Notes under the pieces: model-generated
What the model was told of the DNA's origin: nothing
What the model saw: the letters and a program-made list of their open reading frames with translations, nothing else
Database searches by the model: none
Shown: one piece after another, positions 31,911 to 45,378 of the stretch
Layout of the letters: the number at the start of each line of letters is the position of its first letter
Numbering within the stretch: the stretch's first letter is position 1
DNA from: Octopus vulgaris
Taxonomy: Eukaryota
Direction of reading: 5' to 3'
DNA: 64,000 bases
Assembly (NCBI GenBank): GCA_951406725.2
Contig: OX597828.1
Coordinates: 75,950,001-76,014,000, forward strand
Translations under genes and position numbers: made by a program

Positions 31911-32587
31911 AACAATGCGAGAGGAAGCGGGTCCAACAACAACAACTTCGATCACAAGAACTACGGCGCTACAATCCACAATAGCATCACCACCAGTAAT
32001 AAGGGCAACAATAGCAAAACTATAACACCAACAAACATTGACAGTAGCAACAAGAGATACAAAACAATAACAACAACATTAATACAACAGCAGCAACAAC
32101 AAAAAGTGCAGTAACACCGTCATTATCATTATGAAGAACAATAAAAGCAAGAATAACAAAAGAAGATCCATTTAAAACAATGCCATTGTAGGATTCAATA
32201 CAAGGCATATTGTTTTTGTTTTTCCTTTTGCCAAGAATCACAAATCTGACGTGGATACTGTCCTTTCAAGTATTTTTCTCATGTTGCTTGGTAGAAACTG
32301 TAGATTTCCTCATCTCCATCTTGCGGTATGCGATCCGTCAGCTTACGTACAGAGTTCGAATCTTACCCGTGCGAAAATGTTGCTCCTTTCTCTTCATCTT
32401 TCCCTAATCGATAAACTACAGTAATAGTGAAGCAAAGGGATATTGCTATAAGCCACCATAGCCCCCAGCCCTACATTTCAACGTTTACGTCTAGGATAGA
32501 AGCAATTATTATTAGTAGTAGTATAATTTAGTAACAGTAGTAGTAACAGTAGTAGCAACAGCAGCAGCAGGAGCTGCAGTAACAGTA

Positions 32588-32626
<39 letters not shown>

Positions 32627-32634
32627 GTAGTAGA

Positions 32635-32667
<33 letters not shown>

Positions 32668-32777
32668 GATGGATTTGCGAAATCGTTGGATACCAGTAAA
32701 TGAGCTGAGTTATTTCTCAGCATCCTGACTTCTGATTCCATGGAAGTCGATGCGGCTTTTTATCCTTTTGGAGACTC

Positions 32778-33170
32778 TTCTACTTGTTTCAGTCATTTGA
32801 CTGTGGCCATGCTGGAGCACCGCGCCTTTAGTCGAGCAAATCAACCCCAGGACTTATTTTTGTAAGCCTAGTACTTATTCTATCGGGCTCTTTTGCCGAA
32901 CCGCTAAGTTACGGGGACTCAAACACACCAGCATCGGTTGTCAAGCGATGTTGGGGGGGGGACAAACACAGACACACAAACATATACAAACACACATACA
33001 TATACACATATATATGACGGGCTTCTTTCAGCTTTTGTCTACCAAATCCACTCACAAGGCTTTGGTCGGCCCGAAGCTATAGTAGAAGACACTTGCCCAA
33101 TGTGCCACGCAGTGGGACTGAACTCGGAACCATGTGGTTGGTAAGCAAGCTACTTACAACACAGTTACAT
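32778..33170 (-). mobile_element. Family A SINE, near full length
   Basis: Reverse complement of the 44233 copy. A decayed Nin-domain SINE piece lies immediately left (~32690-32772). Confidence 0.88.
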
Positions 33171-33213
33171 CCTGTTTTACGCAGGATGTGTGCCTAGTAG
33201 TACTATACCATCA

Positions 33214-33324
<111 letters not shown>

Positions 33325-33884
33325 TTGTTATCAACTGGCTGATTTGTCATGAATGAATTTCGTGCCGTATCGCGAAGCTAATTTGCAGAAATCCCTAAAC
33401 CTTCCGTTTGTATGCGTGAGTGTGTGTGTATGTGTTTGTGGGGGCTTTGCTTGTTCCGGGTAAAATCTACTGGCGTTGGGTGCCGTCAGCCGAGCCTGCC
33501 CGAGATACGAGCATGGCGACGAAACAATTCTGCACACTCGGCCAGTGTCCAAGTATTGCTGACTTGTAGAATTATGTCACACAACGGCTCTCAGGTATAA
33601 GATGGGTCCGGCTAATAACTGAGTCCGTTGTAAAAATCGTCCGAGAACCTTTTTTGTGGCTGGGCAGGACAGGCTGTTTTCCTCTGTTTGATGGTCTAAG
33701 CGAAAGTCCTTTGTGTGGTGGACAAGATTGAAAGGGCTGAGAACAGTTTTGTATTTGGCCATGCTCTCGTCCACTTTTTAATGTTTCAATTTGAATGAGG
33801 AGCGTTGCTACCCCCTCCCCACCCGGCAAATATCTTGAAACGTGGATGTGAGTGGCAAGGGTGGATCCGAGTGAGCGGACTTAC

Positions 33885-33897
33885 CATGAGCATGCGC
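33885..33897 (-). other. Candidate 13-nt microexon (or 3' end of an ATG-ending exon)
   Basis: Minus strand gtgcattcttgtttgttgccttcattcaatccccag|GCGCATGCTCATG|gtaagt, inside a ~1-kb repeat-free island. Confidence 0.4.
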
Positions 33898-34429
33898 CTG
33901 GGGATTGAATGAAGGCAACAAACAAGAATGCACGAACAGAATAGGTATGTTCTTTCCTCTTTCAACTTTTTCACATCCCGATAAGAACTTCTCAAGAAAA
34001 AAACAAAGGAAAAATAAAAGATAAACTTAGAAGCGATCCCCCCCCCCGCCCCATTAAACAAACACACTCTCTCTCTCCCTCCCTCTTCTCCCATGTTTCC
34101 ATCTCTTCTCTCTCTCTCTCTCTCTGCCTCTCCGCTTCTCTTCCCCTCGCCTCCTCTCTCCCATTATAATTACGCAGCCGCCCTCATAGAATTGAACACG
34201 TCTATCAAAGAATGCTGTTGCCTTCATATTTAGGATGACTTCGGTTTCGTGAAATTTCCACGAGGAGCCATCGGAAGAAGTTTCTCTCTTTTCAGGAATA
34301 TTTCATTGTTTCGAAATTGATCGTCTCTTTGTTCCTGGCATTTTCCATTTTTTTTTCACACGCGCTTTCATGTAATCCCACATTGTTCCATCGTTTTTCT
34401 AAATCCTTGATGGTTAATAAAGAATTAAT

Positions 34430-34490
<61 letters not shown>

Positions 34491-34523
34491 ACTACTACTA
34501 CTACTACCACCACCACCACCACC

Positions 34524-34571
<48 letters not shown>

Positions 34572-34572
34572 G

Positions 34573-34618
<46 letters not shown>

Positions 34619-34856
34619 CGATATTGTAATTATTGATAAGATTCTATTGTCATTGTCATTATTTTTGATATAATTACACTTATTCATTGTGGTTATGATT
34701 AATCACCCATTCTTTGTTGTTGTTGTTGTTGTTGTTGAAGATTTAAATTAAAACCAAGCGACATCAAGAACTTAGAAAAGACCAAAGAATGCGGTAGTAA
34801 ATATGGTGCCAGAATCAACAGCATCATCATCATCATCAGCAGCAGCAGCAGCAATG

Positions 34857-34894
<38 letters not shown>

Positions 34895-35389
34895 AACTAC
34901 TACTAGTCGCAGTAGCAATAGTAGTAGTAGTAGTTGTGGTGGTAGTGGTGGTAGTAACTACAAAGAGGAAGGACAACAATCGCAACTTCAAAGACGGCAA
35001 TAAAACGGCGATGATAGAATTATTTCAATGTCAGCAGGAAACTACATCTTTACTTCATGGTTGTGATGTTGATTGGGATAATGATGATAATGACCATTCA
35101 CGCGCACACGTATCTAGACATACATGTGTGTGTATATGTGTATGCGTATTCATATGTGTATATACATATGTAAATATATGTACTGTCTGTAAATATATAT
35201 ATATATATATATATATGTACATATGTAGATATATATATACACACAAAATGCACACACGCACATAATCACACACGTGCAAGCACACTCATACATATGTGTA
35301 TATACACATACACACATGTATGTGCGCCTGCGCGTACCCATATATATGTATATATGTATACGTATATGTATATATGTATATACATATAC

Positions 35390-35422
<33 letters not shown>

Positions 35423-36324
35423 CATATACATATATATATATATATGTATGTGTGTGTATGTGTATGTGTGTATATGTGTATGTATACATGTACACATACA
35501 TATTTTATGTACATAAAATGTATGCGTACGTTTGTATAAACATATAAGTATCCAACTGTGTATATACATCTAGTCTAGATATATTGCGCCAATGTATTTT
35601 CCTCCGGATAGACACACACACACGTGCAGACATGCATATACATACACGCACGCATACGCATGCACACACACACACGCAAACACACGCACGCACACATATT
35701 TCTGATTACATCTACGCCCACTGAGTAATTTGTGTCACGCAGTCTATGATTCCTCCCACTCACCCATAATTTATCTACCCACCCCGATCTCATCTTACCC
35801 TACCCCAGGTCATGTGAAGACTAAGAATCTGTCACACAAATTTCTATCGAAAACAAAAACTCAGTGAATTTCAAAGCAATGCAACAACGACCTTTGATGA
35901 CCCCTTTACTGTAAGGAATGTCTTTTCTAGTAACTGGTCCTTAATAGTACTTTCACCTCACCCCACTCTTGACTGCCACTCAGAACGATAGCTTTAAATT
36001 ACGATGTACAATATAACTACGTTTGTGTTGAATATAACGATGTACTTACCATCCATTATATACGTTTGAAATATATAACCTTTTACCATTTTTGTGTAGC
36101 ACTTAACCAAAGCAATAAAGTTCTGTGTAGGATTTTAATTTCAAACCAATCTCATCCTCTACCCGTGCCTCTGTCCTCCAACACCTCGAAGAGCCATAAT
36201 AAAATGTGATGCCACTGAATCTCTCGTGTTTGTTTGTTTCATGGCTTTGTTGCTCGATCGCTTGCTCTTTTGTTTCGGAAAGTTCAGAAAACTAAGGCCA
36301 ATTTCCCATATTATTTAATCAATA

Positions 36325-37564
36325 TATTAGATTGAAAAAAAATCCTGTCGCATACTTGACATGTTTACTTTGAGAGTTCTTTTTCGATACTTACGGTAAG
36401 ATAAGCATTAAGTTTTGCATTCGAATGTCCTTATCTTTTCCTACAGATTATTTGATACCATTGTACTTAAAATCTTATTGATTTCTCCCTTTTAAATTGA
36501 GTCTAGACCAGACCCATATCAGATCTTGCATGCTATATGAATTCATGAAGGGTCTTCAGCAAGGAAATCATGACTAAGTGTGAAGAACCTTAGACGGCGC
36601 GACACAAATTGCTCTCAGTGCATAAACATTATGAGAATAAATCTTTAAGTTCTCCGACGTACCAAAAATGGTTTGGTTAGTTTCGCTCGAGGATTGTTTC
36701 TTCCGTAGATTGACCTCGGTCTGGACGTCCAGGTTCTGTCAATATTACGCTTCTTAAAAGCGTATTAAGGAAGATCCAAAGCAAATTTCAGAAGAATTAG
36801 CAAAGCAATTCAATTCAAGTCACACTTTGATCATAAAACACCTCTATGAAGTAGGAAAAACGTTTAAATTTCTTCAAAGTTTCTCATATTGCATGACTAC
36901 TTCTCGGCTTAATCAGACGTTACTGATATGAGTAGACTTGGTACCGGACCTTTTGTGGGTAGACTCACCACAAACGCTGAAATCGTGGCTTCTCTATTAT
37001 CACATCCAACGAAAATGACAATAGTTAGTACCTGATGACAAAGGAGAATTCATCCCCAAACTAGGATTTACCCCTAAAAAATTTGTTTGGCATTTGTTGG
37101 ATATGAAGAGTGTCGTCTGTCACGTAGTGTTAAACCAAAACAATGCTGTTAATACAGAATATAATCACCAAAAATTTGCAGACAAAATCTCCATCATTGG
37201 TCAATCGTAAAGTTGTGTCGTTGTTACGCGAAAATGTTTATAGGATTCAGTATTCAAGCCTTTCATCACCATTCTCATCCTCCTGACCTTGCTACATCTG
37301 ATGGTCATCTTTTCAAACTATTGCAACAAGATTCAGAGGGAAAAAACTTTATTGTTTGTGAAGAGGTTAAAACATCATTGAGTCTCTTTAGTTTGAAACT
37401 CGATGTTTTACAGCCGAAGGATTAATAATTTGCCAAATTAATGGGATTTTGTTATTAATGAGGAAGGGAAATATTATCTTGACAAAATATATCAATTAAG
37501 ATCAAAGATGCATTTGTCGCATTCCTATCTTGAAATGAGAGAGGATTAACTTGCCAACCATATA
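36325..37564 (+). mobile_element. Decayed full-length mariner element
   Basis: MLYEF.KG, KWF..FR, D*PRSGRP (HTH region), HSHPPDLATSDGHLF (YSPDLAPSDYHLF motif), INNLPN*WDFVINEEGKY. Degenerate TIRs (TATTAGATTG...AATCCTGTCGCAT and ATGAGAGAGGATT...CAACCATATA). Length ~1.24 kb. Confidence 0.8.
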
Positions 37565-38326
37565 CATTAATTAAAATAGGAAATTGATATTGTTTTGTTT
37601 ACCAGAATTTATCATTCTCAATAAGTAATTTGGAAACGGTAATATGAGAGGTGCCTGAAAATTCATCGAAACTATCTCTAATTACTGTGTCATGGTAATG
37701 CAGAAACATCCGCATCGTTTTCCAATCGGTTAGAAGAGGGGCAGAAAAGCCCCAAGTAACCCTTTTGCACAAGTTACTGATCGAATAGTTTAGTTCTGGA
37801 GAAGATCACGTTCGAAGAAATAAGCGGAATTCATGGGTACATAAACACACACACACACACCCCCACACACACACCCACACACACACGACTATACACTAAA
37901 TATGTGTGTGTCACTACAACGTAGAGGCGTCAAAATAATCTGAGGTAGTCATAAACCCAGTGGTGCCTATTCGGTACATTGAATGGTCACCAAATACATT
38001 TAATGTACTCTGCATTGTTTCCATAGCAATATGTGATTATTTCCATGACTCTACATCGGACCATAACTTAGATTTATTCAAATCCCATCGTATCTTTCCA
38101 TGATCCATTATGTCTGAGACTACACCACCTTATTCTTCGATAAATTACAATATTTAATTTCAAAGCAACACTAGCCGAACTAAACAAGCTTTATCCAGGT
38201 AAACCGTTCAAATCATGCCTGAAGATAGTGGAATTACATAATAGGAGATAATCTTTGACGACTACATCGAATCAGGTTCCACCGTTGCCGCTGTCGCAAA
38301 TTTAAACATCATTTGTGTTACTATTA

Positions 38327-38427
<101 letters not shown>

Positions 38428-38462
38428 GTCTGTCTGTTTGTCTGTCTATCTATCTATCTATA

Positions 38463-38555
<93 letters not shown>

Positions 38556-38560
38556 GTGTA

Positions 38561-38636
<76 letters not shown>

Positions 38637-38639
38637 TAT

Positions 38640-38687
<48 letters not shown>

Positions 38688-39666
38688 ATGTAGATAGATA
38701 GATATTATATGGGTGGCTAATTCGCAATATTACAACATAAAGGGTGTTGTGGTTTCGATTCTTGTATCGGGTAATGTACTATTCTATTGAGCAGAACACT
38801 TCACCTCATGTTGCTACATCCTACTCAGCTTCTAAAATGAGTAATATTGTGACAGACCGCCGCAAAATCCTTCCGAGCCAATTATTCAGGAAGGACATTT
38901 GATTCTCTTTTAATCATTACAATTAATGTGTGATGTCCAATGGTATCTGCTCATAAGGTACTCATTATGTCTTGCAGCGATGTAATTTGTAATTGTTCAG
39001 TATTATATTTTTCATTAGTCTTCTGGGAAAAACAAATTCCTTTTATTTCCGTCTAGTTTTGTACTTGGGATCTGTATTCATTTTAATGTTGTTTCGCATG
39101 AGACATATTTTTGTTGCCATGCAGTAGATATTTAATAATATTTCTCCTGTTGAACAAAGCCTTATCAACGTTTTCTGTATCGTTTTCAGTGACGATTTCT
39201 AAACACTATTATTATTTGTTTAATCTTGCTAATTCGCTTGATATTATAGCTCCAGCTTATTACTAGCACATCTAGTTATTCACACCTAATAGCACATTCG
39301 CATCGTTTCCTTTTGTTCCTAATATTAATATATATATATCTTCTATAATATTCCTTCCTAGTTTTCTCATTTACTTCTACGAATTACATTCGCCCAATTT
39401 CAACATTTGCCTATTTAGAAGCAATCCTTGTTTTAATGCGAATCATTTTTAGTATATGGAACATAACGGATTTGTTGTTTTTAGATTAATTTACCTCAGA
39501 TTAACGGCGGCTTTGCTATTTTATTTAAAATATAACTTCATGCATGTTGCTCTTTTAAATTTGCGGACTCTAACGTTTGTTTCTGTGTAGATTGCTTATA
39601 GAATACATACACACACTCTCTCACTCCTTTTCTCTCTCACTCGTTCTCTCTCTCTCTCTCTCTCTC

Positions 39667-39793
39667 TGGTAAGAAGCTTGCTTCCCAGTTATATGTTTCT
39701 GGGTTCAGCCCTACCGCCTGTCTATGCAAGCATGTGTCAATGCATATATATATATATATATATATCTACGCATACATACATGCATAGGCACAT

Positions 39794-39824
<31 letters not shown>

Positions 39825-39842
39825 CATACATGCATACATATA

Positions 39843-39907
<65 letters not shown>

Positions 39908-40248
39908 TCCCACTGCGTGGCACCTTGGGCAAGTGTCTTCTCTTATAGACTCGGGCCGACCAAAGCCTTGTGAGTGGATTTGGTAGACGGAAACTGAAAG
40001 AAACCCGTCGTATATATGTATATATATATATGCGTGTGTGTGTGTGTTTGTCCTCCTAGCATTGCTTGACAACTGATGCTGGTGTGTTTATGTCCCCGTT
40101 ACTTAGCGGTTCGGCAAAAGAGACCGATAGAATAAGTACTGGGCTTACAAAAGAATAAGTCCCGGGGTCAAGTTGCTCGATTAAAGGCGGTGCTCCAGCA
40201 TGGCCGCAGTAAAATGACTGAAACAAGTAAAAGAGTAAAAGAGTAAAG
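39667..40248 (+). mobile_element. Family A SINE with rearranged/interrupted head
   Basis: Head start at 39667, resuming CAGTCCCACTGCGTGGC at ~39905 after a TA-rich tract. Intact body and (GTAAAAGA)n tail. Confidence 0.85.
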
Positions 40249-40269
40249 ACTATATATATATATATATAT

Positions 40270-41460
40270 AACGGGAAGCTTTATGAAAATAAACAAAAGA
40301 CGAAGGCAGGTTTACGGAAATAAACAAAAGACGAAGGCAGGTGGAAAACAAACAAACAATTGTATTAGTATGGCGCTCAGGAAATATAAATAAAACAAGT
40401 CTTTTACGTTTCGAGCCTACGCTCTTCAACAGAAAGATACACAGAGAAAAAAAACACAGAAAGGACAGAAAAAAAAAGCGTGCAGAGGCTAGCGAATCAA
40501 CATGGCGATCTGATTTCGGCCAGAAGTCAAAGATCAAACGTGAGACGCAAGAGCGAAATTAGGGGAGATAATAGGGTTAAATGACCTCGCTCCAACATAA
40601 GAGTGTGTGTGTGTGTGTATGAGAAGAGTGTGTGTGTATGTGAGAGAGAGTATTAGTGCATATGAGAGGTCTGGACGTGTGTATGTATACATGATGTGAT
40701 GTGTAAAGTCGTATGGTGTAGTGTAGAGAGAGGAGATGAGGGAAGAGGGGGGAGGGGGGGGGAGAAAGAAAGGGGAGAAGAGGGGAGAAGGAAAGGGGAG
40801 AAGAGGAGGGGGAAGGGGGAGAAGGAAGGAGAGGAGAAGAGGAGGGGAGAGAAGGGGAGAAGGAAGGAGAGGAGAAGAGGAGGAGGGAGGATAGAGGGAG
40901 AGGGGGAGAGAGAGAGAAGGGGAGTGAGGGAGCAGAGAGAAAGAGGGAAGAAGGAGGGAGGGAGAAAGAGGGAAGAAGGGAAGAGGAGTAGGGGTGAAAG
41001 GATGAAGGACTGAAGAGAAGTAGGGGTCGGGGGGAGGTTAGATGAGGAAGGAGGAGAGGGGGTTAGATGAGGAGGTGGGGAGAGTTGAGACCAAATGGCG
41101 TATAAGAGCGAAGAGAGAAGATTAATTCCTGTTCACGGCGCAAACGGGAATCCGGATGGCCTCTGTGTAAGGACAAACCGAACACAGACAGGTGTTGCAA
41201 GAGTGACCGGTGGAGCGGAAATGGCGTGAGACCGGTGTGTCGTTCGCAAGGCGGATGTCACGAAGGTGTTCCGCGAACCGGTCAGCCAAGTGGCGTCCCG
41301 TTTGTCCGATGTACAGGGAATGGCAGAGAGAGCAACAGACGCAATAGATAATATTGCTGGACGTGCAGGTGAAGGAGTTGATGATGCGATAGGGTCGAGG
41401 ATGGGTGCCAGTGAGGAGGGTGGTGTTGGAGAGGTAAGGGTAAGTGCGGCAAAGTTTAGC
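40270..41460 (-). mobile_element. Penelope-like element (Neptune-type) 3' fragment with GIY-YIG endonuclease
   Basis: 41451 to 41063 reads CRTYP...FTCTSSNIIYCVCCSLCHSLYIGQTGRHLADRFAEH...(frameshift)...RREQELIFSLRSYTPFGLN...stop. Then a pyrimidine-rich 3' region, an HHR motif, and an end at (TA)n. Confidence 0.88.
40400..40437 (-). ncRNA. Minimal type-I hammerhead ribozyme motif (A6U core variant)
   Basis: UCUUU-CUGUUGA-A-GAGC(GUAG)GCUC-GAAA-CG-UA-AAAGA. Helix I is 5 bp, helix II 4 bp, helix III a palindrome. Confidence 0.6.
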
Positions 41461-41729
41461 TGGTTGTTGTGATGGACGGTTCAGTCCTCTGTAGCGGTTT
41501 GCTATGTAATTTTGGGTCGCGGCCGTATCACGTATTTGCTTTGATCCTTTATTTTAAGGGCATGTTGTTTTCAACGCTCTCCTTTACCCTCTTAGATATC
41601 CTTGATCGATCAAGCGTATAATCAAAGCCGTTCCAGTCGTGATTCTCCAGTCGTTTACTCGAACACAGTTTATATCTATGATTATATTCTCCAGTCCGAT
41701 ATAGCAGACGCTAACTGTGGAAGCCAGTG

Positions 41730-42300
41730 CCCTCCTTGCTTTGATACGTCATGGTACTTGGAACCAATATCATAAAGAACCATTTGCTCTCATCATCAGT
41801 GGCAGAAAATCATTGAAAGATCCAGCCAGAAATTTCCTTATGTTCTTGCGCTCAGGGCAGCAGATTCGAAGAAGAAACATCCTGTGAACGATGAAAAGTG
41901 GAACGGTTTTGGGGGAGTAGCTACCGATTTATCAGGGTGTCAAGGATTCTTTCTCATCCCTGCTACGAAGAAGGCGCATAACATAATTTGGTGTGAAAGA
42001 AAGTGGTAAATGTTGTCGAGTTAATGGTTCCTCGTGAAGATAACATGGACGCCACTCGGGTTTGAAAGATTGACCGTTATGGAAAACTTCACGGAAAATG
42101 TGAAGACACTGGCTGGAAGGTGGAGCATTTTCCAGTCGAAGTCAGATGTAGAGGACTCGTTGGACACAGTGTGAAGCGATTGTTGGTATCGTTAGGCCTA
42201 ACTCATCGTAAAGTACATACCACCATGAGTGATATCTAAATGACAGTGAGAAAGGTAAACCACTGGATCATTGGAGACGATGATCAACGGCTTGAAGGAT
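41730..42300 (+). pseudogene. Decayed RLE-type LINE C-terminus (HERO/R2-superfamily-like)
   Basis: IIWCE...VVELMVPREDNMDA...KIDRYGKL..KCEDTGWKVEHFPVEVRCRGLVGHS...LG...HWI, matching ELTVPWE...KY..L...C...GW.....PVEVGCRGF. Confidence 0.75.
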
Positions 42301-42904
42301 ATTGAGCTATATCTGGTAACCAGTTTATCTAGCAACCGGGATGGAGCCTCGTTTCATGAGGGGAGGGGGGGCAATGCGTAATGGTGCTGTCGAGAGGTAG
42401 GCTCCAGCGCGTATTCTCCCTTGATGACTTCATACACTTGCTGTCATCCGGTATGCAAGGCTTTCAACTGGTAGCACTTGCATCTGCAAGACATTTAACA
42501 CCATCGCATGGTCGTGAGGCATCATTTGGGTATCAAATATGCAGGTCAGTTTTTTAAAATCTTTTGTTTTCTCTCTCCTTTCTGAACAACCACGCCTGCA
42601 CCATGACCCACTCCGAATATAACTTCTTCACCTTCCCCCATCAGTCTTCGAGGCCCTGAAACGTTTTCAGGGTAGTTCGGGTGCCATTCTTTCTCTGACT
42701 TAATTCTTCAAACAATTTGTTCTTCAGACTGTGTATATTAGGGAAGATTATCTGATGGATCATTTCTCCTTTCTTAAAACAGCAGAACATGCTAAAAACG
42801 TGTCTGTCTGCTCAATCTAATAACACAGTCGACTCCACTTCACCCCTCAAAGTTTCACTTTGAGCTTATTTTCCACGCAGAGAGGTATTTCAATAAACTC
42901 TATT

Positions 42905-43256
42905 ATTTTTTTCAGTCATTTGACTGCGGCCACGCTGGAACAGCGCCTTTAGTCGAACTAATCGAACGCAAGCCTTATTTGTGAGTCTAGTACTAATTCT
43001 ATCGGTCTCTTTTGCCGAACCGCTAAGTTACGGGAACTTAAACACCAACATCAGTTGTCAAGGGATGGTAGGGGACAAACACAGATACACATATACATAC
43101 ACACATGACAGGCTTCTTTCAGTCTCCGTGTACCAAATCCACTCAGGCAAGAGGCTAAAGCAAAAGACACTTGCCCAAGCTGCCACGCAGTGGAACTGAA
43201 CACGGAACGATGTGGTTGGGAAGCAAGCGTCTTATCACACAGCCACTCCTGCGCCC
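42905..43256 (-). mobile_element. Family A SINE
   Basis: Reverse complement of the 44233 copy with a small internal deletion. Confidence 0.85.
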
Positions 43257-44232
43257 ATAAACGTTTTAGGATTTTTTGAGACTACATCATTTTCTACATG
43301 CCATTACACCATTTCTTGATGCCTTCCAAATGTTTGTATTATTTAGTATCTCTGTCAAGTAATAAATTTGTAAGCATCCATGTCCATGGCCAGAAATTCC
43401 CTTCCCATTTTCTCCCTTGAAATGTTCTACTTCTTTGACGCATTTTAAAATCGTTTTGAAAGAGAGAGAAACTCTTCGTTTAGTACGAAGCTGTTTTACC
43501 ATTTTTGATAACCACATATTCTTCCTGATTTAGCAAAAGATCTCTTCTACTAAAAATTATCTGATTTTAAGTATTTCGTTTTATTTCATATTTTAATGCT
43601 ATTTGTCTGCCTTTTTTTGTGGTTTTCGCAGTCGATGCCATTAAGGATCAGCTATATTTTATTTTATTATTTCTGTCTCTCCACGATCGTTTTCAATGTG
43701 GTTATTTGTTTGTGACTGCTGCTGCTGCTGCTGCTGCTGCTGCGCTATTCTACAAAACAGTTAATATTTCCCTGGTGCTATTGATGGCTACATCTGTTTG
43801 CAGTGCTTTGGCCTACACCGACTGTGTGTGTTTTATTATTGTATTATCGATATGTTTTATCTTTGTGAGAATCTTTCGTCGGTCCATGGAGAGATCTCAT
43901 ATCGATTTTCATTCTTTAACTATTTCAACCTTTATTATTACTGTCCAACACTACAATTCTAAATTTAGATATTTCTCATTTTGTTGTTCCCAGATGCCTT
44001 AGTTTCATTATCCTTCAGTTATTTTCGTGTCGATAATCCGTAGGTATATAGGGTGAGGTGTAGGCATTCAGGGTGAGATGTAGGTTAATAGGGTAGGATA
44101 TAGGTAAACAGGGTTTAATTTCTTCTTCTTTGTGGAGGGTAACTGTGTCGAGATGTTTCTGGTGCGTTGAATATTTGCTGCGTTCAGTGTAGAATAGTTT
44201 GTTTGTTTGTGAGTGTGAGTGTGTGCGGGGTA

Positions 44233-44386
44233 TAGGCGAAGGAGTGGCTGTGTAGTAAGTAGCTTGCTTACCAACCGCATAGTTCCGGGTTCAGTCTCAC
44301 TGCGTGGCATCTTGGGCAAGTGTCTTCTACTATAGCCTCGGGCCGACCAAAGCCTTCTGAATGGATTTGGTAGATTTGCGTGAATT

Positions 44387-44468
<82 letters not shown>

Positions 44469-44695
44469 ATTGTGTGTATGTGTGTATATGTTTGACTCTC
44501 CCCAACATCGCTTGACAACTGAAGCTGGTGTTTTTACGTCCCCGTAACTTAGCGGTTCGGCAAAAGAACCGATAGAGTAATTACTAGGCTTACAAAGAAC
44601 AAGTCCTGGGATCGATTTGCTCGACTAAAGGCGGTGCTCTATCATGGTCATAGTCAAATGACTGAAAGAAGTAAAATAGTAAAAGAGTAAAAGAG
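44233..44695 (+). mobile_element. Family A tRNA-head SINE, full length, internal (TA)/(TG) microsatellite
   Basis: A-box TGGCTGTGTAG, B-box GGTTCAGTC, CORE-like CTTGGGCAAGTG, tail (GTAAAAGA)n. Confidence 0.9.
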
Positions 44696-45174
44696 TGTGT
44701 CCGTGTGTCCATGTACGTATGTATGTGTGTGTATGTGTGTGTTCGTGTGAATGTGCGCGTGCGCGCGCGTGTGTGTGTGATGAATGCAGAATTTATTGAG
44801 TGAGCGGTGTGTAGACTGCTTGTTTTGGGAAACGTGCGTAGATTATCTGTAGAGCGGTGTAGAATATTTCTTAAGGTGCCTGTAGAATATCTGCTGTATA
44901 AGCTGTGCCCTGAGATACTTTCAGAAACTTGTTTGTTTAGTTCAATGTCTGCCATGATTAAATAAACTTTTATCTGAATGCATTCCAAACATGACAATCC
45001 TGTCTTTAGGATATTTTGACCGCCTCATTAATATGCTTTATTTTTCTTTACTAGACGAATGATATCTGATTTGAGGAAAGAAAACTGTTATACCAAACAC
45101 GTCTAGAGAACACAGGGAATATCGAATATCGAATGGTATGAGGTGATTTTGTAGAATATAGACAGGAAATATAT

Positions 45175-45378
45175 GGCACCGAACTGGCAGAATCGTTAGC
45201 ATGCCAGGCAAAATGTTTAGCGGCATTTCGCCCGTCTTTATGTTCTGAGTTCAAATTCCACTGAGTTTGACTTCGCCTTTCATCCTTTCGGGATCGATAA
45301 AATATGTGCTAATTGATTAATGAAGTCAACGTACCTCTCCCCAGAAATTGCTGGTCTTGTGCTAAAGTTTGAAAGCAA
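45175..45378 (+). mobile_element. Family D (Nin-domain) SINE
   Basis: TGGCAGAATCG...GAGTTCAAATTCC...GCCTTTCATCCTTTCGGGATCGATAAAA. Confidence 0.8.

Noticed and set aside
32325-32420. Possible minus-strand exon ending GG|GTAAGA
   Set aside because: Better explained as the B-box (GTTCGAATC) of a decayed plus-strand SINE.
40696-41013. 105-aa G/E/R/K-rich ORF
   Set aside because: It is the purine-rich antisense strand of the PLE 3' region.
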